Below, piece by piece: positions 43,345 through 51,126 of a stretch of 58,144 nt of DNA. Both the position numbers and the translations under genes were made by a program. The stretch is taken from assembly GCA_964481675.1 (NCBI GenBank), contig CAYZVY010000002.1:1-58144 (forward strand). The letters run 5' to 3'. The notes under the pieces are model-generated. The model saw nothing but the letters and a program-made list of their open reading frames with translations, made no database searches and was not told where the DNA came from. Source of the stretch: an uncultured Verrucomicrobiota bacterium (GTDB lineage: Bacteria > Verrucomicrobiota > Kiritimatiellia > CAIKKV01). Position 1 is the stretch's first letter. Each line of letters begins with the position of its first letter.

Positions 43345-43380
43345 GACAACCGCCCGGCCTCCGCGGGCGGTTGTCTTTTC
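43345..43380 (+). terminator. Strong stem-loop with T-tract (rho-independent terminator-like)
   Basis: Perfect 12-bp stem GACAACCGCCCG/CGGGCGGTTGTC with a 7-nt loop, then TTTTCC. It lies 375 nt after the stop at 42969. Confidence 0.6.
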
Positions 43381-43428
43381 CGTCAGATCCCTCTTGAAAA
43401 AGAGGAGCCTGCGCGCTAGCGTTCCAAT

Positions 43429-44439
43429 ATGGGAAAAATACTGCGTCAAACAACGGTCATCCGCGACGGCTGGCACAACGGCTTCACGGATCTTCTGCAC
43501 TGGAAAGGCGCCTACTGGGTCAGCTACCGAAAAGGCGCCGCGCACGCGTCGCAGGACGGCGAGGCCGTGCTGGCCGTCTCCATGGACCGCCAGCGCTTCC
43601 GCGAAACGGCGCATCTGAAGGTCCCCGGCGACAACCGTGACCCCAAGCTCGTTCCCATGGGCGACCGGCTGGCCATGATCTTCCCGAGCTGGCACGAAAA
43701 ATACGAGGGCGCCTGCCTCCAGCAGTACGTCGCCTTCTCGGACACCGGCTTCACCTGGAGCCAGCCTGTTCCCATTCTAGATCGCGGCGACTGGCTCTGG
43801 CGCGTGCGGGAGCACAACGGCCTCTACTACGGCCTCATCGAGTCGATCCGGACCGGGCTCACCCCGCCCTACAACCTCAAGCTGGTCACCTCGAAGGACC
43901 TGCTCCATTGGAAGCCCCTCTGCACGGTGGGCGCCCACCTCCCCCTCAACGAGGCCGACATCCTCTTCCGCCCCGACGGCGAGGCGTGGATCGTGGCGCG
44001 CGGCGCCGGCAACCCCGACCCGAGCTGGTTCGCCGCCGCGCGCGCCCCCTACACGGACTGGGAGCTGGTCAACCTCGGCGTCACCATCCACTGTCCCGCC
44101 ATGCTGGCCGTGAAGGACAGGGTGTTCGTCGCCGGCCGGCGCAAGCCGGACCTGGAGGGGGAAACGACCTTCTACGCCGGCACGGGCAGCCTGGGCGTCT
44201 GGGAGCTGGGCCGGGGCACGGTCAAGGCCGCCCTTCACATCCCGGCCTCGGGCGACTGCGCCTATCCCGGCCTGATCCTGGATCCCGAGGACCGCATCTG
44301 CATGAGCTACTACTCGGCCCACGCCTACAACATGGGCGTGCTGGACGCCGTCTTCCGCTACATCCCCTCGGAGCCCTGGACCAAGGCCGACCGCCTGATG
44401 CCGTCGGACGTCTATTTCGCGGAACTCGACCTGCCCTGA
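43429..44439 (+). CDS. BNR/Asp-box beta-propeller protein (sialidase-superfamily-like glycoside hydrolase)
   Basis: 336 aa. Asp-box FSDTGFTW. No signal peptide and no obvious SD sequence. Confidence 0.6.
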   Translation: MGKILRQTTVIRDGWHNGFTDLLHWKGAYWVSYRKGAAHASQDGEAVLAVSMDRQRFRETAHLKVPGDNRDPKLVPMGDRLAMIFPSWHEKYEGACLQQYVAFSDTGFTWSQPVPILDRGDWLWRVREHNGLYYGLIESIRTGLTPPYNLKLVTSKDLLHWKPLCTVGAHLPLNEADILFRPDGEAWIVARGAGNPDPSWFAAARAPYTDWELVNLGVTIHCPAMLAVKDRVFVAGRRKPDLEGETTFYAGTGSLGVWELGRGTVKAALHIPASGDCAYPGLILDPEDRICMSYYSAHAYNMGVLDAVFRYIPSEPWTKADRLMPSDVYFAELDLP

Positions 44440-44461
44440 TCCGGCCGAGCCGGCGGAACCT

Positions 44462-46498
44462 TCACCCGAACACCAGGTCGCCGGCCAGGTCCGTACGGTG
44501 CACGCTGCCGAACTGGCAGACCCAGCATGAGGTATCCTCGCCCCCCGCATGGCGGTGGCGGATGATGTTGAGCCTCCAGCGCTCGCCGGCCGCGGGCGCC
44601 GCCGTCGTCAACGTTGCGAACGGCACGGCGATCTCGGCGCACCACCGGCCCGGAACGACACTCGTTTTGACCTGCCAGGGATCGCGCAAGTACCCGCGCA
44701 GATCGCCGGCCTCCTTGCTGAAATAATTGTGCTCCATCCCGCCGGTCGACGTCACGAACAGCTGGTGATAATGCAGGCCGCAGCCGTGCGCGGGGCCGCT
44801 CAACCGGATCTCGAAGCACTCTTCCTTGTGATAATTGACCGGCCCCGCGGCGCGCAAGGCCGGCAGCGACTCGCTCAACGGCTCGTTGCATTCGACCGCG
44901 ATATACAGGTTCCGGTCGTCATAAGTGAACAGCGCGCGCGTCTTGACGGCCACCGGCTCGATCCGGTCATACCGGACAAAGTCAGCCGCCACGCCGCTAT
45001 GGTTATAATCCTCCCAGCACGTCTCGTCCAGCACGCCGTCGATCGCCGGCGCCTCCACGCAGCGGCCCGCCCGGACAGGAGGCGGCCCCAGCGGCATCTC
45101 GAACCGTTCCTTGGACCCGGCGATCCGGAACGAAAACAGGTCCGCCCGGCGCAGCCGCAGCCGCAGCAGAATCATCTGGCCGTAGAAGCGCGACAAGTCG
45201 CCGCTGCCGTTCCACGTCAGCACATGGTCCTGCGCGTCGCCCTGGAACGCGTCGGAGGCCGCGAAATTGTGGCTCTTGATCATGCCGCCGCCGTCGCCGA
45301 GCAGCTCCGCCTGGATCGATCCGCCCGCCGCCGTCCTGGCGTTGATCCGGATTTCCTGGCCGCGGAACAACAGGTGATGGGTCAGCAGCGTGCCCTCCTG
45401 CTCCGCGTGCAGCGACACCAGCCCGCCGCGCCTCCAGGTGGCCAGGCCGACCGCCCGGACCCGGTCCGAGCCGTCGTGGATGCCGTCGCAGCCGATGTAA
45501 TAGAGACGCCCTTCGGTTTCGGTCAGCACGGCCGGACAATGCGAGAACATCATGCCCCAGTCGAAGCTCCGGCCGCGCTCGCCCATGGGAACCATATCCT
45601 GCTCCGGCGCGATCGCATTCCATGCCCGGCCGTCCCGGCTCCAGCCCAGCTTGAACCGCATCGTATACTGGAGCGCCTCGTCGAACGGCTCCGCGGTGTA
45701 GAAGATCCACGGAAAAGCCCAGTATAAACCGGCATCCACGTGCACGTGCATGCCATACATCTGCGCGCCCAGCCCGTAATCGGGAGAAGCCTCCCAGTTG
45801 ATCACGGGCCCGGTCCAGGTCAGCAGGTCGTCGCTTTCGCCCAGCCCGGTCTTGCGGATCGTCTGGTGCCGCCTCCAGACGCGCATGTGCCCGCGATACT
45901 TCCCCGCCAGGGGATCGCGGAAAAAGAACGCCGTCTCCTCGAGCCCGTCACCCGCCCCGTTGGCCCAGACCGGGTCCCGCTGCGCCGGCCGCCAGCGGAT
46001 GCCGTCGGCCGAATAGGCCAGGTAATAGTTGGGCCCGTACCAGATCAGCTTGTACCGCCGCGACGGATCGGGGTCGCCAGGCTCGTCGAACACGGTGACG
46101 GCACCGGTCATCGGCCGGCCGTCCTCCCAGACGCACAGGTTGTTGGGGACGCCGCCCAGATCGCACGCGCCAAGCGGCGGCTTCTCCCAGCGCACGCCGT
46201 CCGGTGACACCGCCACGTGCAGCGTGCCGCGGCGCAGGGCCGGCAGATCCATCCGGCGCTTTCCGGTGCTGTTGTACCACATGCGCCACAGCCCGAGCTG
46301 CCGATCGAAATGAACGGCAACCGGGCCCGTCCAGTCGCCCTCCCACGGTTCGCTGGCGGCCAGGACCGGCTCCGTGCCCGCCTTCACAAGGGAATGCACG
46401 CGGCGCTCCAGCCCCCGGCTGGCCGCCACAACGGCGTCATCCACAAAACACTGGGGCTGCGCCCCTATATCCAGCACGATCGGATCCATTCTTGTCAT
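44462..46498 (-). CDS. Glycoside-hydrolase-like five-bladed beta-propeller protein with a C-terminal CBM9-like domain
   Basis: Repeated S-x-DG-x-x-W blades (VSPDGVRWE, YSADGIRWR, WSRDGRAWN). The C-terminal ~200 aa (IDGVLDETCWE...LYIAVECNEP...W..EIAVPF) are CBM9/DOMON-like. The start is uncertain (46534, 46498 or 46489). Confidence 0.6.
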   Translation of the reverse strand: MTRMDPIVLDIGAQPQCFVDDAVVAASRGLERRVHSLVKAGTEPVLAASEPWEGDWTGPVAVHFDRQLGLWRMWYNSTGKRRMDLPALRRGTLHVAVSPDGVRWEKPPLGACDLGGVPNNLCVWEDGRPMTGAVTVFDEPGDPDPSRRYKLIWYGPNYYLAYSADGIRWRPAQRDPVWANGAGDGLEETAFFFRDPLAGKYRGHMRVWRRHQTIRKTGLGESDDLLTWTGPVINWEASPDYGLGAQMYGMHVHVDAGLYWAFPWIFYTAEPFDEALQYTMRFKLGWSRDGRAWNAIAPEQDMVPMGERGRSFDWGMMFSHCPAVLTETEGRLYYIGCDGIHDGSDRVRAVGLATWRRGGLVSLHAEQEGTLLTHHLLFRGQEIRINARTAAGGSIQAELLGDGGGMIKSHNFAASDAFQGDAQDHVLTWNGSGDLSRFYGQMILLRLRLRRADLFSFRIAGSKERFEMPLGPPPVRAGRCVEAPAIDGVLDETCWEDYNHSGVAADFVRYDRIEPVAVKTRALFTYDDRNLYIAVECNEPLSESLPALRAAGPVNYHKEECFEIRLSGPAHGCGLHYHQLFVTSTGGMEHNYFSKEAGDLRGYLRDPWQVKTSVVPGRWCAEIAVPFATLTTAAPAAGERWRLNIIRHRHAGGEDTSCWVCQFGSVHRTDLAGDLVFG

Positions 46499-46559
46499 CC
46501 TTCCCGCTAGTCCTGCCCGCAGGCGTTCCCACATGCCGCCGTCGGGCGGAATGACGCCT

Positions 46560-47906
46560 TCACCCGATCATCGTTCGAAGCGCATCAGCCGCCTCGTCAA
46601 CTTCCGCCTCACTGTTGAAAATATGGGTCGAAAACCGGAGCGCGTTATAATCCCGGGTTCCGATCGAGCGCTCCGTCACCAGCGTGGCCGGCACGACCTT
46701 CACGACCATCCGGCGTTCCCGGAACAGCCGCTCCGCCACCTGGGCGCTCCGCCCCTTCTCCAGCGCAACGGTCAGCATGGCCGCCGACAGCGCCGGGTCC
46801 GCCGGCGTCAGCATCCGCAATCCGGGCATCGCCTCCAGCCGCGTCCGCAACCGGCGACACAGCTCCCGGCACCGCGACTCCACCCGGCCCACGCCAAGCG
46901 CCTCGTGGAAATCCATGGCCAGGCCATGCCCGAGAATATGGGGAACGTTCCGCGTCCCGCTCGAGCCCGAGTAGACGCTGTAGCCGGCGCGCAACGACAC
47001 GGGGCGAATCCGGTCCTGCGCCTCCCTCCGGATGTAGAGCAGCCCGCTTCCCTTGGGGGCCAGCATCCACTTGTGGCTGCTGGACGCATAGGCGTCCACG
47101 CCCAGCGCCTTGACGTCCATGGCCAGCATGCCCGGCGCCTGGGCGCCGTCCGCCACCAGCAGGATGTCCCGGGGCCGGGTGATCGCCGCAATCCCCTTCA
47201 GCGGCATCTGCAGGCCGGTGAGCGTATCGACATGGCTGACGCTGCACACGCGGGTGCGGGACGTCATCGCGGCGGCCAGCAGCTCGAGAATCGCCTCCTG
47301 GCCAGGCGCCGGCGCCGGCATCCTGACCTGCACGATCTTCACCCCGTCGCGTTCCGCCAGGTATTGCCAGCCGGACAATCCCCCGGCGTGCTCATGGTCG
47401 GTCGTTAAAATCTCATCGCCCGCCTTCAACCGGAGCCCCGTGGCGATCAGGTTCATGCCTTCCGTGGTATTGCGGGTGATGGCGACCTCCGACTCGGCCG
47501 CTCCCAGGAAACCCGCGGCATGCCGGCGGACGCCCTCCATGGCCTCCCCCATCGGGCCATACAGCTGATGGACGGGATCGGACTCCAGCTCGCGCATGAA
47601 CCCCGCCACCGCCTCGATCACCACCCGGGGCGTGGCGCCCAGGCTGCCGCAATTCAGGTGAATCAAGCCGGGCGCCAGCAGGAACTCCCGCCGGATCCGC
47701 TCCCAGGGCAATCCCTTGGCCGAATCCCCGGCAAGGTCGCGACGGAGCGCGTCCATCCCCTCGGCGGCGGCGTGGGTCACCCGCGGCAGCAAGCCGGCGC
47801 CCGCGACAGCGGCGGCCAACCCCTTGATAAATGTGCGTCGTTCCAACCCGACCCTCCCGCCAGGGGCAACCCCGCTAATCCGGCGCAACCGTCTGATCCG
47901 AATCAC
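46560..47906 (-). CDS. Class-V aminotransferase/cysteine-desulfurase-fold PLP enzyme with a twin-arginine signal peptide
   Basis: GTG start in a GTGA overlap. The Tat motif is ERRTFIKGLAAAVAGAGLLPRVTHAAA. The PLP-lysine region is SSSHKWMLAPKGSGLLY. Confidence 0.75.
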   Translation of the reverse strand: MIRIRRLRRISGVAPGGRVGLERRTFIKGLAAAVAGAGLLPRVTHAAAEGMDALRRDLAGDSAKGLPWERIRREFLLAPGLIHLNCGSLGATPRVVIEAVAGFMRELESDPVHQLYGPMGEAMEGVRRHAAGFLGAAESEVAITRNTTEGMNLIATGLRLKAGDEILTTDHEHAGGLSGWQYLAERDGVKIVQVRMPAPAPGQEAILELLAAAMTSRTRVCSVSHVDTLTGLQMPLKGIAAITRPRDILLVADGAQAPGMLAMDVKALGVDAYASSSHKWMLAPKGSGLLYIRREAQDRIRPVSLRAGYSVYSGSSGTRNVPHILGHGLAMDFHEALGVGRVESRCRELCRRLRTRLEAMPGLRMLTPADPALSAAMLTVALEKGRSAQVAERLFRERRMVVKVVPATLVTERSIGTRDYNALRFSTHIFNSEAEVDEAADALRTMIG

Positions 47907-48904
47907 GCCAGCCGGATGATCCGTTTCTCACAGTCCGACTGCTTGGCCGCCAGCGCCACTTTCAAATTCAGGAACGCCTCCTCCAGCGTGGCCATGTGGG
48001 ACGGCTTCCCGTCGATCGTGTCCAGCATCAGGTTCGCCTGGAGCGCGAACCGGGCCTCGTGCGCCTCCAGGGGCCGCAAGCCTTCCATGTAGTTCTTTTC
48101 ATCCCACGTGCCCGAATCGTCTCCGGAAAACCGGAGGGTGCTCATGTCCAGCATCAGGTTGCCCTTCGTGCCGATCACCTCGACCGTATTGACGTTGGGC
48201 TTCTGGAACTGATTCATCGAGATCTGGACCAGGGCCCCGCTCCTGAAGCGGATCGCGATCAGGCAGCAGTCCTCGCACTCGACGCCCGTCAGCGACAGCC
48301 GGTCATACATCGCGCTCACTTCTACCGGCTCGCCGAAAAACCAGATGGCCATGTCGATCATGTGGCTGGCCCCATCCAGGATGCAGCCGCCGCCCATGGC
48401 CTTTTTCGCGTAATACGTGACCTGGTAATCAGGCCGGTATTTCGGGAATTCCTGGGAGGCGTTCATGTAAGCCATGCGCAGCTCGCCGATCTTTCCTTCG
48501 CCGATCTGCCGCCTCATCTCCATGAGTTCAACCGCGCTCCGCCGGACATAGCCCACCCGCGCCTCGACCCTCTTCTCCTTAACCTTCGCCAGCAGCGCCT
48601 CCACGCCGTCCAGCGTCGCGGAGAGCGGCTTCTCGGTCAGGAACGGCACGCCCGCCTCCGCGCACTTCAGGGCCAGCGGCACGTGGACGTGGGCGGGCGC
48701 GCAGATGACGGCCAGGTCAAAGGACTTCAGGTCGGCCTGCCCCAGATCGGCGAATCCCTGTTCAATCGCATAGTCCCGCAGCACCTCGGCGCGCTTCTCC
48801 GCCACCGGCTCCACGACCCACAGTTTCGCGCGGCCCGTCTTCAGGAAGCCCCGGATATGCCGCTTGCCGATCCCGCCCGTTCCAATGATCAGAACCTTTT
48901 TCAA
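47903..48904 (-). CDS. Gfo/Idh/MocA-family NAD(P)-dependent oxidoreductase
   Basis: TTG start with a GGAGC RBS. (M)KKVLIIGTGGIGKRHIRGF Rossmann N-terminus and EKPL motif (LTEKPLSAT). Confidence 0.8.
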   Translation of the reverse strand: MKKVLIIGTGGIGKRHIRGFLKTGRAKLWVVEPVAEKRAEVLRDYAIEQGFADLGQADLKSFDLAVICAPAHVHVPLALKCAEAGVPFLTEKPLSATLDGVEALLAKVKEKRVEARVGYVRRSAVELMEMRRQIGEGKIGELRMAYMNASQEFPKYRPDYQVTYYAKKAMGGGCILDGASHMIDMAIWFFGEPVEVSAMYDRLSLTGVECEDCCLIAIRFRSGALVQISMNQFQKPNVNTVEVIGTKGNLMLDMSTLRFSGDDSGTWDEKNYMEGLRPLEAHEARFALQANLMLDTIDGKPSHMATLEEAFLNLKVALAAKQSDCEKRIIRLA

Positions 48905-49374
48905 GTCTGCTCCTTTTTCTTTTTTGTCCGATAGTCCGCTCTTCGCTCGCGGGCCAATCCGAAGCCATCAGGCTTGTCGCCCCAAATCAAAAAACCAAGT
49001 CTCCGGACCACGGTCCTGATTTCCCGGTCGAAGCATACCATTTCCAAATGGGGCATATAGGGGGCCACTTCCTTGAAAACATATACATGCCCGGCATCCG
49101 CGGCCCGAAGTCCCCACTCCCGGTTATGAGCACAAAGATCTGGAATCTTTTCTTTTTCAAGATCGATTAACCGGATTTGCGACAGGTATTGCTCCAAAAG
49201 GCTCCATTGCGCGGGACTGGCACGCCTTCGTGTGGCACCGGCCACGGCTTCCACTTCCAGCCACCGCCAACCCAGATCAAGAACAGACAGGTCCCAGGCC
49301 TCGCGGGCGGACAGGGAAGACGATTCCGAAAAAACCAGACTGAGTAACGCGCTGGAATCCCAGAACAAATTCAT
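48901..49374 (-). CDS. vapC: PIN-domain ribonuclease toxin (VapC-like)
   Basis: 157 aa. Conserved acidic positions are in LFWDSSAL, LEVEAV, RAADAGHV and CFDREI. 1-nt TGATG junction with the antitoxin gene. Confidence 0.7.
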   Translation of the reverse strand: MNLFWDSSALLSLVFSESSSLSAREAWDLSVLDLGWRWLEVEAVAGATRRRASPAQWSLLEQYLSQIRLIDLEKEKIPDLCAHNREWGLRAADAGHVYVFKEVAPYMPHLEMVCFDREIRTVVRRLGFLIWGDKPDGFGLARERRADYRTKKKKEQT

Positions 49375-49694
49375 CAGTAGTCGCGTCCCTTGCGCACCAG
49401 ATCGATGGTATGGATATCCGTCCGCCCATCGGGAGCGACGGTAGGATTGGCCTTCACCTTCTTGGACCGATCCGGTCGCTGAAGAGGCAGGTCAATGAGA
49501 AGTCCCGCCTTCTTCGCCTTCTCCATGATATCCCGCCGATAGCGGGCCCATTCCTCATCGGGCTTGGCGGCAATGGGCGAAAGCGTGGCCACCGGCGTGT
49601 CCCGGTCGCAGACAATGATCGTGTCGCCGGTCCGGCGGATCCGGGCCAGGTAGCGGCTCAGGTTGTTTTTCAGGTCGGCCGTCTTGACTTTCAT
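49374..49694 (-). CDS. Phd/YefM-type antitoxin
   Basis: 106 aa. MKVKTADLKNNLSRYLARIRRTGDTIIVCDRDTPVATLSPI is a typical Phd/YefM N-terminal fold. Confidence 0.7.
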   Translation of the reverse strand: MKVKTADLKNNLSRYLARIRRTGDTIIVCDRDTPVATLSPIAAKPDEEWARYRRDIMEKAKKAGLLIDLPLQRPDRSKKVKANPTVAPDGRTDIHTIDLVRKGRDY

Positions 49695-49725
49695 ATAGCT
49701 ATCTTAACCTTTGAACTTAGCCAAG

Positions 49726-51111
49726 TCAACCGTGCGCCGAAAAGCCCGACAGCAGGCGCACGACATACAGGAAGCCCAGCCGGAACCGGTCCTGCGCGAA
49801 CGATTCGTTCGGCGCATGCACGTGGTCCTCCTCCAGGCCGAACCCGGTGATCAGCGGCTCGGCCCCCGCCACCTTTGCCAGGAGCGACAGCACCGGGATG
49901 GACGCGCCCTCCCAGTGGAACGCCGCCTCCCTGCCGCACACGTCCTGCAGAACCGCGGCCGCGCGCGCCGCCAGCGGCGAATCCGCATCGAGCCGCAGGG
50001 CCGGCCCGCCGACTGTCATCTCGCTCATCGTCACCGTGAGCCCCGCCGGCGCGTGGCGCCTGACATGCGCCTCCACCGCCGCCAGCACGGCGGCCGGATC
50101 CTGCCCGCCCGCCAGCCGGGCCGTCATCTTGGCAAACGCTTTCGCCGGAATAATGGTCTTCGATCCGGCACCCCCGTATCCGCCATGCACCCCGTTCACC
50201 TCGATCGTGGGACGGAAGCCCAGGCGCTCCAGCGGCGGCAGCGCCGTCTCCCCGCCCGCGGGCGGAACGCCCGTCTGCGCCCGGTAATGCTCGGGATCGA
50301 ATGGCTCGCGCGCCAGCAACTCGCGCTCGCGGGCGCCCGGAGGCCGGACACCGGCCTCGAAGCCCTCCACCGCCACGCTGCCGTCGGGCCGGTGCAGCCC
50401 CGCGATCAGCCGGCACAGGGCCATGGCCGGATTGGGCGCCACGCCCCCGTGGGAGCCGGAATGAAGGTCCCTCAGGGGGCCCTCGACGGTCAGCGTCCAG
50501 TGCACGATCCCGCGCAGCCCCATCACAATCGACGGCGCGCCCGATGCGGCCAGGAACGTGTCCGTCACCAGCAGGACATCCGCCTTCAGGCGGTCCGCCC
50601 ATTTCGGCAAAAAGAGGGACAGCCCGCTGCTGCCCGACTCCTCCTGCCCCTCCAGCAGAACCTTGACCGTGCAGAGGCCGTCCCCGCCAAACCGGTTCAG
50701 CGCGTCCAGCGCCGCCAGCACATAAGCCAGCTGCCCCTTGTTGTCCTGCGCCCCCCGGCCGTACAATTTCCCCTCCCGGAACACCGGCTCGAACGGCGGG
50801 GTTTCCCACGCCTCCAGCGGATCCGCGGGCTGCACGTCATAATGCCCGTAAATCAGGATCGCGGGCGAACCCGGCCGCCCCTTCCGCTCGGCGAACACGA
50901 CCGGAGGCGCGCCCGTTTCCAGAAGCTCAGCCCGGAAGCCCGCCGCCGCCAGCCGCCCGGCGAACCAGTCCGCGCAGGCGCGGCAGTCGCCGGCATGCGC
51001 GGCGTCGGCCCCCAGGCTCGGAAACCGCACCGCCTCTTTCCAGTCCGCCCAATACCGTTCGCGATGCCGCTCGAATTCGGCGGCCGCCGTGGCCATGTCA
51101 ACCGGTTTCAT
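49726..51111 (-). CDS. M20-family metallopeptidase (dipeptidase/ArgE-DapE-CPG2 family)
   Basis: 461 aa. LIYGHYDVQPADP, GRGAQDNKGQ, LLEGQEESGS. Confidence 0.8.
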   Translation of the reverse strand: MKPVDMATAAAEFERHRERYWADWKEAVRFPSLGADAAHAGDCRACADWFAGRLAAAGFRAELLETGAPPVVFAERKGRPGSPAILIYGHYDVQPADPLEAWETPPFEPVFREGKLYGRGAQDNKGQLAYVLAALDALNRFGGDGLCTVKVLLEGQEESGSSGLSLFLPKWADRLKADVLLVTDTFLAASGAPSIVMGLRGIVHWTLTVEGPLRDLHSGSHGGVAPNPAMALCRLIAGLHRPDGSVAVEGFEAGVRPPGARERELLAREPFDPEHYRAQTGVPPAGGETALPPLERLGFRPTIEVNGVHGGYGGAGSKTIIPAKAFAKMTARLAGGQDPAAVLAAVEAHVRRHAPAGLTVTMSEMTVGGPALRLDADSPLAARAAAVLQDVCGREAAFHWEGASIPVLSLLAKVAGAEPLITGFGLEEDHVHAPNESFAQDRFRLGFLYVVRLLSGFSAHG

Positions 51112-51126
51112 GGGATCCTCTCCTGC

